Positions 28,996 to 38,098 of a DNA stretch of 64,000 bases are shown here, one piece after another. Positions within the stretch are counted from its first letter, which is position 1, and every line of letters begins with the position of its first letter. A program made the position numbers and the translations under genes. This DNA comes from Armatimonadota bacterium. Its GTDB lineage: Bacteria > Armatimonadota > SYMT01. A model generated the notes under the pieces. It did no database searches and was not told the DNA's origin. It saw nothing but the letters and a program-made list of their open reading frames with translations. The stretch spans positions 52,090 to 116,089 of the forward strand of contig JBKBRF010000020.1 of the NCBI GenBank assembly GCA_046292385.1, written 5' to 3'.

Positions 28996-29409
28996 TTAAT
29001 CCACTGACTCCGGGGGCTGGGGGGCGCGGGGGCGGTCCTCGTACGGGCGGGGGCGGTCTTCGGGCGACCGCGGGCGATCGTAGCCTCGGTCCGGGGGGCC
29101 GCCGGGCCCAACCCGGCGGAACTGCGGCGCGTCGCCGGAGCGGCGCGGGCCGGGACGCGGCGGACCGCCCGGGCGGCGGCGGGGCGGGACGGAGATCGAG
29201 ACGACGGCGCTCTTGTAGACCATCTGCGGCGGCGTGCCATCCAGCGGGTCGATCAGGAGCACGTAGGGATCCAGCTCCAGAAGGCGGCCGCGTACCGCCA
29301 TTCGGTTGCGGAGGTAGACCGTGATCGCCTGCGGACCTCCGATAAGGTGCGAGAGCAGGTCGTCCTGAAAATCCCGGGCGCCGTTCGGGCGGTTCTTCAT
29401 CATCGCCAT
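28996..29409 (-). CDS. hfq: Hfq/Sm-like RNA chaperone, divergent, with Arg/Pro-rich tail
   Basis: FQDDLL, ITVYLRNRMAVRGRL, DPYVLL and QMVYKSAVVSI resemble the Hfq Sm1/Sm2 motifs. Confidence 0.75.
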   Translation of the reverse strand: MAMMKNRPNGARDFQDDLLSHLIGGPQAITVYLRNRMAVRGRLLELDPYVLLIDPLDGTPPQMVYKSAVVSISVPPRRRPGGPPRPGPRRSGDAPQFRRVGPGGPPDRGYDRPRSPEDRPRPYEDRPRAPQPPESVD

Positions 29410-29445
29410 CCGTTCTTCGGCCGGCTCAGCAATCCGGTACCGGCA

Positions 29446-29922
29446 CTATGTCCCACGTTCGCCAGGGAGACCGGCGCTTTCCTGTTCCAGAGAGCGCAGC
29501 CGCGTCTCGGCGGCCCGGAGCCGCTCTCGCAGGGGCTCCAGCGAGATCTCCTGCGCCGGCCGCGCTCCGCCTCCACGGCGCTTCAGTGCCGCCAGCGCCG
29601 CGAGCAGGCCGACCAGCCCGACGGCCACCCCGGCGAGTGCCAGCAGCCGCGACTGCTCCGCTTCGCGCCGGAGGCGGGCGGAGCCCTCTTGCATCGCCCG
29701 CTGCCGGGTCTCGGCGCCGGCCGCGGACGCTTCGAGCTGCTCGACCCGCCGGTAGAGCGCCTGGTGCCCTTCCCGCAGACGCCGCACCACGCGGCGCAGC
29801 GTCGCAATCTCCCGGTTCGGCGCCGGCGCGGGGGCTGCCTGGCCCTGCGCGCGTACCGGCATCGCGAGGGCGGAGAGCGCCAGCAGGAGCACCGCCGGCA
29901 GCAGGCCTAGCCGCGCGACCAT
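29446..29922 (-). CDS. Hypothetical protein (signal peptide, coiled coil, TM anchor)
   Basis: Hydrophobic N-terminus ending VRA-Q, heptad region and a second hydrophobic helix; abuts coaB. Confidence 0.65.
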   Translation of the reverse strand: MVARLGLLPAVLLLALSALAMPVRAQGQAAPAPAPNREIATLRRVVRRLREGHQALYRRVEQLEASAAGAETRQRAMQEGSARLRREAEQSRLLALAGVAVGLVGLLAALAALKRRGGGARPAQEISLEPLRERLRAAETRLRSLEQESAGLPGERGT

Positions 29923-30626
29923 TATACCAACCCCCCGTTTGGCGGCAAACCGGCCGTGCCGCGCTGCAGGCGCTGGACCAGCAGCTCCAGCAGCCGCTCG
30001 GCCAGCTCCGCGTTCGTCTCCACGCTGGCCTGCACGCCGTGCTCATCCAGGATCAGCGCCGGGTGGCGATCGGCGGTGAGGCCGGTCAGGTCGTTCGCCA
30101 CGATCAGCTCCGCCCGCGAGCGCTCCCGGCTGCGGGAGGCGATCCGGATCAGCTCGTCCCGGCTCCGGGCGACCTCCAGCTTGAACTTCACCAGGACGAG
30201 CTTCGGATCGAGCCGCTTCACCTCGTCTACGATCTTGGGCGCGGGCACGAGCCGCAGCGTCAGCTCTCCCGCGGAGGGGATCTTTCCCGTCTCGACGTTC
30301 GCCGGGAGGTAGTCCGAAACGGCGGCCGCGTGGATCATCGCGTCGAAACGCCCGCTGCCGGCGAGCTCCCGGACCGCCGTGTGGAGGTCGTCGAAGGTGA
30401 CGTAGCGCCGCACGCAGGCTCCGGCGAGCGAGCTCTCTGCCGGCGGCTCCTGCACCGGACCCAGGAGGAGCGTCACTTCCGCGCCCAGCTCCGCGGCCCG
30501 CCGCGCGATCGTCACTCCCGTTCGCCCGCTCGAAGTGTTCCCCAGGTAGCGCACGGCGTCCAGCGGGACCCAGGTGGGTCCGGCGGTGATCAGGAGACGT
30601 CGGCCGGCGAGCGAAGGCGGGTGCAT
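29922..30626 (-). CDS. coaB: Phosphopantothenate-cysteine ligase domain (stand-alone CoaB/DFP)
   Basis: LITAGPTWVPLDAVRYLGNTSSGRTG, HAAAVSDY, VKFKLE and IVANDL. Confidence 0.85.
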   Translation of the reverse strand: MHPPSLAGRRLLITAGPTWVPLDAVRYLGNTSSGRTGVTIARRAAELGAEVTLLLGPVQEPPAESSLAGACVRRYVTFDDLHTAVRELAGSGRFDAMIHAAAVSDYLPANVETGKIPSAGELTLRLVPAPKIVDEVKRLDPKLVLVKFKLEVARSRDELIRIASRSRERSRAELIVANDLTGLTADRHPALILDEHGVQASVETNAELAERLLELLVQRLQRGTAGLPPNGGLV

Positions 30627-30891
30627 GGGGTAGAGAGGGGAGGCCGGGGCGGCGGAGAAAAAACTGAACCGCTCCTCCGGCGGCCCGTCTATGCCATCGA
30701 TCTGCTTCGTTTCCTTCTCCGGTTCTGGAGAACCCTCGCGGTCCGCCGCGAGGGCTTTTCTTTTTAGTCTCGCTCACCGGCGCGGGCCGGAGTAGGGATC
30801 GCCCGCCCCGGCGGTGAACGATTCAGGACTGTTCGCTCGCGTGGACCGATCCGGCCGCCGGGCCTGAAGCATTCCCGGGAGTAGTACGGCC

Positions 30892-31587
30892 ATGGCGTTT
30901 ACGAATCTTCTCGAACAGATCCCGCTTTTCGAAGACCTGCCCGCTGCGGACCTGGAGATCATCAGCCAGCGGTTCCGGCAGCGCCGCTACAAGGAAGGCG
31001 ACACGATCTTCCACCGGAACGATCCGGGAGTGGCGCTCTACGTCATCCTGAACGGCAAGATCAAGATCCACAACGAGACGCCGGACGGCGCCGACTGTAT
31101 TATAACGATCCTCACCGACGGCGACTTTTTCGGCGAGTTGGCGGTGATCGACGGTGAGGAGCGCAGCGCGGACGCCACCACGCTGGAGTCGACCGAGCTG
31201 CTGATGCTCACCCGCGACGACCTCCACAACATCCTGGAGCGGTACCCCCGCATCGGGCTGCGGCTGCTGGAGACGCTGGCGGGAAGGCTGCGCCGCACCA
31301 CCGAGGTCTACATGGCCTACTCCACGCTCGACGTGAACGGCCGTCTCGCCCTGCAGCTCCTCCGGCTGGCGGAGCAGCACGGCGTGGTGACCCCGCGGGG
31401 CGTGCGGATCGACCTCCGGCTCACCCAGACCGACCTCGGCGCACTGGTCGGCGCGTCGCGGGAGAGCGTGAACAAGGTGCTCGGCTACTTCCGGCGGCAG
31501 GGCTGGGTAACGGTGGACGAGAAGAACCACATCACGCTGCAGTCGCAGGAGCCGCTGTCCCGCCTCTGTGAGCTGAACCTCGGGTAA
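30892..31587 (+). CDS. Crp/Fnr family transcriptional regulator
   Basis: GDFFGELA, RSADA (cNMP pocket) and HTH LTQTDLGALVGASRESVNK. Confidence 0.95.
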   Translation: MAFTNLLEQIPLFEDLPAADLEIISQRFRQRRYKEGDTIFHRNDPGVALYVILNGKIKIHNETPDGADCIITILTDGDFFGELAVIDGEERSADATTLESTELLMLTRDDLHNILERYPRIGLRLLETLAGRLRRTTEVYMAYSTLDVNGRLALQLLRLAEQHGVVTPRGVRIDLRLTQTDLGALVGASRESVNKVLGYFRRQGWVTVDEKNHITLQSQEPLSRLCELNLG

Positions 31588-31646
31588 CGGTTCGATCCGG
31601 CTCCGGGCAGGGCTCGCCTTCACCGGTAGATCTGACCCGCCGGGTG

Positions 31647-32795
31647 TCAGGCCGCGAGGCGGCGCACCTCCACGCCGACCTGCTCGGCGAGCCAGCTCTC
31701 CAACTCCCGGGCCATCTCCCGCGGCTTCCGGTCCTGCGGCACCGGCCAGTAGGCGCCCTGGCGCGTCTTCTGCTTCATCCATGCCGTGATGATCTGGATC
31801 TCGTCCAGGAGCGCGGTGTCGATCCGGGAGCCGGGGGCGGGGTCTTGCGCCTGGCTCCAGCTCTCCAGCAGGCGCGCGGTCCAGCCCCGGCGCGACTTCG
31901 CGGCCCGCAGCTCCGCGAGGGGCGCCTCCGCGTTGAGCACCAGGTGCCCGGAGCGAAAGACGAAGAGGCAGAGCGTCTCCGCCTTGACGGAGGGGCAGGC
32001 GACGATGAGCGAGAGCTCCTGCGTGGCGCTCAGCACCGCCTGCTGGCGGCCGCTTACCGCCTGGATCAGCTTCATCGCGTCGCGCAGGCGGGCGGCGATC
32101 TCGAACTGCATCCGCTCCGCGGCCCGCTCCATCCGCTGGCGCAGCGCGTCGAGCACGCCCTGCTCGCGTCCGTCGAAGACGCCGCACGCCTGGTCGACCG
32201 CCTGGTCGTACTGCGGCGCGCCCGCTTCTCCCAGGCAGGGAGCGGAGCAGGTGCCGAAGTCGTAGCGGTAGCAGGGCCGCTGGCGGCGGATCTGCGTGCC
32301 GGGTCCCTCGCAGCTCCGCAGCTTCAGCGCGTCCGCCAGCGCGCCCACTCCCGCCTCCAGCACCGTCTGGTTGCGGAACGGGCCGAAGTAGGTGGCGCCG
32401 TCGCGCTGCGGCGCGCGGGTGACCTCCAGCATCGGAAACGGATCGGCGAGGTCCACCCGCACGTACGGCAGCGGCGTGAAGTCCTTGAGCAGGACGTTGA
32501 AGCGCGGCTGGTGGAGCTTGACGAGGCGGCTCTCCAACAGGAGCGCCTCCAGCTCGGACCCGGTCTCCTCCCAGTCGAGCGCCGCGATCTCCTGTCGCAT
32601 CCGGCGGAGCTTCTTCGTGGTGGGCTTGCCCGTAAAATAGGAGCGAACCCGGTCTCGCAGGCAGACCGATTTTCCTACGTAGACCAGCTTTCCTGCGGCA
32701 TCATAGAAGCGGTAGATGCCGGGCGCCGTGGGGAGCTGCTTCAGGAGCGCCTGAAGCTCGGCTTTGCGTCGATAGAGGGCGGTACTGCGTGCCAT
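31647..32795 (-). CDS. GIY-YIG endonuclease with UVR domain (UvrC N-terminal/Cho-like)
   Basis: PGIYRF...YVGKSVCLRDRVRSYF, EALLLE, CSAPC and QFEIAARLRD; lacks the UvrC C-terminal HhH region. Confidence 0.85.
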   Translation of the reverse strand: MARSTALYRRKAELQALLKQLPTAPGIYRFYDAAGKLVYVGKSVCLRDRVRSYFTGKPTTKKLRRMRQEIAALDWEETGSELEALLLESRLVKLHQPRFNVLLKDFTPLPYVRVDLADPFPMLEVTRAPQRDGATYFGPFRNQTVLEAGVGALADALKLRSCEGPGTQIRRQRPCYRYDFGTCSAPCLGEAGAPQYDQAVDQACGVFDGREQGVLDALRQRMERAAERMQFEIAARLRDAMKLIQAVSGRQQAVLSATQELSLIVACPSVKAETLCLFVFRSGHLVLNAEAPLAELRAAKSRRGWTARLLESWSQAQDPAPGSRIDTALLDEIQIITAWMKQKTRQGAYWPVPQDRKPREMARELESWLAEQVGVEVRRLAA

Positions 32796-32945
32796 GGCGA
32801 ACGATGCGGGGGAGCTTGCTCGGCGAGCTTCTGAATCGTCGCTTGCGGCGATTCGGTGCAATAGTCGGCTCGGGTGAGCCAGGATCAGTAGTTCGATTCA
32901 AACAGCTATTTGCCAAACAGGCAGCGAGGGAGTAGAGAGGGGCGC

Positions 32946-33767
32946 ATGGAGGTGAGAAAGGCGATGTGGCTGGCGGCCGTGATGGCGGCCGGGCTGGCCT
33001 GCGCGGCGGGCGCGGCGCAGGCGCAGGATCCACCCGCGAACGACATCCAGGACATTCTCGGCGCGCCGCTGGCGCGGCCGGCGACGATCTACCTGGCAGA
33101 GCGTCCGCAGGTGAGCGTGGAGTTCGCCGGCGATTACGGCCCCGTTCGGGTGAGCGGGGCGATCGCCGGCGCGCCGGAGCAGCCGCTCCGGTTGACCGAT
33201 GCCGAGGGCCGCACCCGGGACGCGACCTGGAGCGAGATCCGGTCGCTCTCCGTCGTCCGCTTCGCCTCCGCCGGGCTGCCGGTGGGGAGCTGGCAGGCGA
33301 GCCTGGTGAGCGACCCGGCGGCCGGCTCCACCACGGTGAGCGGCACCTACGCCTCCACCTCGGCGGCGGACCGCGGCGGCTGGCGGCTGCTGGAGCTTCC
33401 GGAGGGAGCGCTGCGCCTCTCCGGCCAGCCCTACGGCACGCTCGCGATCCCGCTGCGGCGGATCGCCAACTTCGAGATGGTGCCGATCCGCAGCTCGATC
33501 GCGGAGATGCCGGAAGGGGAGCTCCGCCTGGAGGTGGTGGAGGGCACTACGGTGGGCCTGCCGCTGCGGAGCGTGCAGGTCTTTCAGCGGGACACCCGCC
33601 GGGGCACCGTACGGGTAGCGCTGGAAGATGGCCAGGCCTTTACCGGGAAGCTGGTCGACCTGCCGAACGTCGTGCTCAACGTCGGCGAGGGGGAGGCGGT
33701 GCAGCGGATCCCGCTGGCGCAGGTCGCCTTCCTGGAGCGGGTGCCGCCGGGCGGACGTCGCCTGTAG
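32946..33767 (+). CDS. Secreted hypothetical protein with internal repeats
   Basis: Signal peptide ending AQA-Q; four similar beta-rich modules. Confidence 0.7.
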   Translation: MEVRKAMWLAAVMAAGLACAAGAAQAQDPPANDIQDILGAPLARPATIYLAERPQVSVEFAGDYGPVRVSGAIAGAPEQPLRLTDAEGRTRDATWSEIRSLSVVRFASAGLPVGSWQASLVSDPAAGSTTVSGTYASTSAADRGGWRLLELPEGALRLSGQPYGTLAIPLRRIANFEMVPIRSSIAEMPEGELRLEVVEGTTVGLPLRSVQVFQRDTRRGTVRVALEDGQAFTGKLVDLPNVVLNVGEGEAVQRIPLAQVAFLERVPPGGRRL

Positions 33768-33784
33768 TCAGGATCGAGATCGAC

Positions 33785-33823
33785 GCGAAGAGGGGGCGCC
33801 TGCCATAGGCGCCCCCTCTTCGC
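33785..33823. terminator. Perfect 17-bp hairpin between convergent genes
   Basis: GCGAAGAGGGGGCGCCT-GCCAT-AGGCGCCCCCTCTTCGC. Confidence 0.75.
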
Positions 33824-33852
33824 ATGGCTCTCTTCGACAGCCTGAAAGCAGA

Positions 33853-34668
33853 TCAGTGGCCGTGCCCGTCGTGGGCTCCGTGGGCCTCCGTCCCCTGCGG
33901 CTGCGCGGCCGGCCCCGCCGCTGCCCCGCCGGCCTTCGCCCGCGCCGCGGCCTTCCGCTCCGCTTCCTTGCGCCGGCGCGCGAACTCCTTGAGGTCCATC
34001 TGCGGGTCGCCATCCATCCACGGCGCCACCGGCCGCCCCTTACGCAGCTCGGCGGGCTTGCCGGGTCGGCCGAACCCCAGCCGCTCCGCCAGGTCGTAGC
34101 CGAACTCCTGCATCGACCGCTGCTCGCGCGGAGACTTGCTGATCCAGGTCACCTTGCGGTCGCCGTCCACCAGGAACATGCGGGGGCAGGGGTGTCCGTC
34201 GTAGATCTGGCCGACCCGCCAGGGCGCCCGCCGGTCCGTCACGGCGGGGTCCTTTTCATCGTAGAGGAGCGTCTGCTCCAGCTCGATCTCCTCCCGGTAG
34301 CGCGGCTCGCCCTCTTTCGGAATCGTGGCGACGGTAATGAGCTCCGGGAACTTGTCCCCCTCCATCCGCTGCAGCCGGCCGAGATAGTGCTGCACCTGGC
34401 GGCAGTCGGCGCACCCGCAGATGAACCCGAGCAGTGTCTCACCCTTCACCATCTGCGAGAGCGTGTGCGGCCGGTCGGAAGCGTCTTTGAGCGTGAAGTC
34501 GGGAGCGGCGTCGCCGACTTTGAACGAGAGCGGGGCCGGTGCCGGGGTGTCCGGAGCCCCCGGGGCGGGTCCGGCCAGGAGGCTCCGTCCCGTCTCGATG
34601 CCCACCACTCCCAGAACGATCACCAGGACCAGCAGTGCCCACGTGTTAGCGGACCAGCGTGCTTTCAT
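33853..34668 (-). CDS. Membrane-anchored redoxin (AhpC/TSA thioredoxin-fold) protein
   Basis: KVGDAAPDFTL, CGCADC and PRMFLVD; N-terminal TM. Confidence 0.75.
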   Translation of the reverse strand: MKARWSANTWALLVLVIVLGVVGIETGRSLLAGPAPGAPDTPAPAPLSFKVGDAAPDFTLKDASDRPHTLSQMVKGETLLGFICGCADCRQVQHYLGRLQRMEGDKFPELITVATIPKEGEPRYREEIELEQTLLYDEKDPAVTDRRAPWRVGQIYDGHPCPRMFLVDGDRKVTWISKSPREQRSMQEFGYDLAERLGFGRPGKPAELRKGRPVAPWMDGDPQMDLKEFARRRKEAERKAAARAKAGGAAAGPAAQPQGTEAHGAHDGHGH

Positions 34669-37600
34669 CGTGCCTTGGCCTCTCCTGCGGCCCCGGGTCC
34701 GGGCAGGGGGGATCTGCCTTTTCCACGCGGACGGCGCAGTACTTGAATTCGGGGATCTTGGCGGTAGGGTCCAGCGCGTCGTTGGTGAGCAGGTTGGCCG
34801 CCGCTTCCCGGAAGTGGAACGCCATGAAGACCGTGCCGCGATCCACCCGGCGGGTGATCCGGGCCGGCGCTACCAGGGCGCCGCGTCGCGACGTGATCCG
34901 GAGCGCCGCGCCTTCCTCGACGCCGAGCTCCCGGGCGTCCTCCGGATGGATCTCCACGAACGGCTCGGGGCAGATCTCATCGAGGGCGCGGGAGCGTCGG
35001 GTCATCGTGCCGGTGTGCCAGTGCTGCAAGACCCGTCCCGTATTGAGTACGTACGGATAGCTCGCGTCCGGCAGTTCCTGCGGTGGCGCGAATTCCGCCG
35101 GAGAGAAGAGCCCTCGTCCTCGCGGAAAGCTCTCCTGGAAAAGCACGGGACTGCCGGGGTCCTCGGGACCGGTGCACGGCCAGATGAGCGGCGCCTGCCG
35201 CAGCCGCTCGTGGCTCAGGCCGCCGTAGTCCGGGGTGAGCGCCGCGATCTCCCGGAAGATCTCTTCCGGGCTGTCGTAGCTCATCGGGTACCCCATCCGG
35301 CCTGCGAGATCAATCAGCACCTGCCAGTCCTCGCGGGCGCCGCCGGGCGGAGGCGTGGCCTGGCGCGCGAGCTGGACCCAGCGGTCGGTGTTCGTGTAGG
35401 TGCCGTCCTTCTCCGCGTGGGTGCTGGCCGGGAGGATGACGTCGGCGAACTCGGCCGTCTCGGTGAGGAAGATGTCCTGTACCGCCAGGAACTCCAGGGA
35501 GCCGAGCGCTTTGCGGACCTTGTTCACGTTCGGGTCGCTCAGGAACGGGTTTTCCCCCATCATCAGCATTCCGCGAACCCGGCCCTCCAACGCCGCCTTC
35601 ATGATCTCCACCACGGTGAGGCCCGGGTTCGGATCGAGCGGCACGCCCCAGGCGCGCTCGAACTTCTCCCGGATCTCCGGATCCGTGACCGGCTGGTACC
35701 CGGTAAAGACCATCGGGATCAGGCCGACGTCGGACGCGCCCTGCACGTTGTTCTGGCCGCGCAGCGGGTGGAGCCCGGTGCCGGGCCGCCCGATGTTGCC
35801 GGTCAGCAGCGCCAGCGAGATCAGGCCCCGGGCGTTGTCGGTGCCGGTGGTGTGCTGGGAGACGCCCATGCCCCAGAAGATGATGCCCTGGCGCGTGCCG
35901 CCGAAGAGACGGGCCACCGTCTCGATCGTCGCCGCCGGGACCCCGGTGATCTTTTCCGCCACCTCCGGCGTATAGTGCCGCACCGTTTCCCGGAGCGCTT
36001 CGAAGTTTTCGGTCCGCGCCGCGATGAAGGCGTCGTCCTGCAGCCCCTCTCGCAGGATCACGTGCATGATCGAGTTGAGGAGCGCCACGTCGGTGCCCGG
36101 CTTGAAGCGGACGTAGTGGTGCGCGAAGCGGGCCATCTCCGGACGCCGGGGATCCATCACGATCAGCGTGGTGCCGCGGCGGACCGCCTGCTTGATGAAG
36201 CTGGAGGCGACCGGGTGGTTCTCCGTGGTGTTGGACCCGATGATGAGGCAGACTTCCGCCAGCGCCACGTCCGCCACCGGGTTGGAGACGGAGCCGGAGC
36301 CGATGCACTCCATCAGCGCCGCGACGGAGGAGGCGTGGCAGAGGCGCGTGCAGTGGTCCACGTTGTTAGTGCCGAAGACGGCGCGGACCAGCTTCTGGAA
36401 GAGGTAGTTGTCCTCGTTGGTGCACTTGGCGCTGCCGAAGCCGGCCAGCGCGCCCGGCCCGTGTTCCCGCTTGATCCGGAGCAGGCGCTCGGCGATGAGG
36501 TCGAGCGCCTCGTCCCAGGTCGCCTCCCGGAACGCCGGGAGAATCTTCGAGTAGTCGACCGGAGGGGAGCCGCGGCGCTTGCGGCGGAAGTCGCCCTGCT
36601 CCCGCACGTCCTCGGAGAGGGGCCCCTTGGGGTAGTACTCCTCCCGCCGGATCAGTGGGGTGGTGAGGCGCTGCGGATGGCTGGAGTAATCGAACCCATA
36701 GCGGCCCTTGACGCAGAGCCGGCCGAAGTTGGCGGGCGCCTCCGGCCGGCCGGTGACGCGAACGACCCGGTCTTCCTGCACGTGCATCGTGACCCCGCAG
36801 CCGACCCCGCAGTAAGGGCAGACGCTCTGGACCGGCCTGAGCGCCTCCACCTGGATCGGGGCGACGAGCGCGCGGTCGACCAGCGCTCCGGTGGGGCAGC
36901 GGGCCATGCACTCGCCGCAGGAGACGCAGGTCGACTCGCCCATCGGGGAGTCGGTGTCGAAGGAGATCCGCGCCTCGAAGCCTTTGCCGGTGCGGCCGAT
37001 CACCTCGTTCACCTGGATCCAGTCGCACCCGCGAATGCAGCGGTCGCAGAGGATGCAGGCGCTGTGATCCACCGCAATCACCGGGCTGCTCGGATCGAAC
37101 GGCAGCCGCGGATGCAGCGGCGGCGAGGGCGCCGGTGCGGCGTGTGAGACGGGGGAGGTCGGCACGTGGACGCGCGGGTCGAGGTGCTGCGGGTCGGGGT
37201 TGAGCGGGGCGGCCCCTCCGGGAGTCGCCGCGGCGCGGCCGCCGCCGTTCGGCAGCGGAGCGCCGGCCTCGTGCCGCTCCGCGCGGGAAGCCGGCGCCGC
37301 CTGCGGCGCGGCATCCTCCGCCGCCCACTGGCGGGTGGCGGGGAAGCGCGGCGCGGAGACGTCGAAGTCGTCGGCCAGGCGCTCCAGCTCGCAGCCGCCG
37401 TTCAGGCGCTGCTTGGCGCACGGCGAAGGGTGGTCCGCCATCAGCAGCTCCACCACCATCTTGCGCGCGTTGTGGACCCGCTCCGTCTCGGTGCGCACCA
37501 CCATGCCCGGCTCGCAGGCGCGGATGCACGACGCCGGGAGCACGCGCGCGCCTTCTACCTCCACCGCGCAGACGCGGCAGACGGCGACCGGGTCCATCCC

Positions 37601-37762
37601 CGGGTCGTGGCACAGCGCCGGGATCTCGATCCCCAGGCTGCGCGCCGCCTCCCAGATCGTCGTGCCGGGAAGCACCTCGACCGGCCGGTCGTCGATCGTC
37701 AGCCGGATCGTCTCGACGGAGGGCGCTGCCGACGTCGGAAGCGTGGTAGGCGAAGCGGACAT
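34646..37762 (-). CDS. fdhF: Formate dehydrogenase alpha subunit (Cys-type, NuoG-like Fe-S N-terminus)
   Basis: 2Fe-2S and 4Fe-4S motifs, SVCPYCGVGC, VDHCTRLCHASS, PLRGQNNVQG and IPEFKYCAV. Confidence 0.92.
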   Translation of the reverse strand: MSASPTTLPTSAAPSVETIRLTIDDRPVEVLPGTTIWEAARSLGIEIPALCHDPGMDPVAVCRVCAVEVEGARVLPASCIRACEPGMVVRTETERVHNARKMVVELLMADHPSPCAKQRLNGGCELERLADDFDVSAPRFPATRQWAAEDAAPQAAPASRAERHEAGAPLPNGGGRAAATPGGAAPLNPDPQHLDPRVHVPTSPVSHAAPAPSPPLHPRLPFDPSSPVIAVDHSACILCDRCIRGCDWIQVNEVIGRTGKGFEARISFDTDSPMGESTCVSCGECMARCPTGALVDRALVAPIQVEALRPVQSVCPYCGVGCGVTMHVQEDRVVRVTGRPEAPANFGRLCVKGRYGFDYSSHPQRLTTPLIRREEYYPKGPLSEDVREQGDFRRKRRGSPPVDYSKILPAFREATWDEALDLIAERLLRIKREHGPGALAGFGSAKCTNEDNYLFQKLVRAVFGTNNVDHCTRLCHASSVAALMECIGSGSVSNPVADVALAEVCLIIGSNTTENHPVASSFIKQAVRRGTTLIVMDPRRPEMARFAHHYVRFKPGTDVALLNSIMHVILREGLQDDAFIAARTENFEALRETVRHYTPEVAEKITGVPAATIETVARLFGGTRQGIIFWGMGVSQHTTGTDNARGLISLALLTGNIGRPGTGLHPLRGQNNVQGASDVGLIPMVFTGYQPVTDPEIREKFERAWGVPLDPNPGLTVVEIMKAALEGRVRGMLMMGENPFLSDPNVNKVRKALGSLEFLAVQDIFLTETAEFADVILPASTHAEKDGTYTNTDRWVQLARQATPPPGGAREDWQVLIDLAGRMGYPMSYDSPEEIFREIAALTPDYGGLSHERLRQAPLIWPCTGPEDPGSPVLFQESFPRGRGLFSPAEFAPPQELPDASYPYVLNTGRVLQHWHTGTMTRRSRALDEICPEPFVEIHPEDARELGVEEGAALRITSRRGALVAPARITRRVDRGTVFMAFHFREAAANLLTNDALDPTAKIPEFKYCAVRVEKADPPCPDPGPQERPRHDESTLVR

Positions 37763-37794
37763 AGACTTCCTCACGGATACTCGAACCGGGAATC

Positions 37795-38087
37795 CACCGC
37801 AGAGACGCAGAGGACGCGGAGAGGAACCGGAACAGAATTGAACCGCGGAGAGCGCAAAGGACGCAGAGGGGGAAACTAGAAGGAGGAACCTCGGGGTCGC
37901 TGTACGGGACTCGAGAGGCGCTAAAGGCCCAAACTCTGGTCCCGCCTCTGCGTTTCCTCTGCGCTCTCCGCGTCCTCTGCGGTGAATCTGGTTCGGACCG
38001 GGGCCGCTGTACGGCACTCGTTCAGCGGAACAAGGCCAGAACTCTGGTTCGGTCTCTCTCTACGCTCTTTGCGCTCTCCGCGGTGAA
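37795..38087. repeat. Composite dispersed repeat, family B, locus 2
   Basis: 29-nt arm at 37795-37823 identical to 25588-25616; two GGGG(T/C)CGCTGTACGG(G/C)ACTCG cores, each with a complementary arm. Confidence 0.85.
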
Positions 38088-38098
38088 ATACCTCGTTC

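Noticed and set aside
26199..29324. Long antisense ORFs (1041 aa here; also 34421-37147, 45523-48255 and 51729-54269)
   Set aside because: They are shadow frames of real GC-rich genes, with biased composition and no motifs.
36330..36365. Selenocysteine in FDH
   Set aside because: The active-site codon is TGC (Cys) and there is no in-frame TGA.
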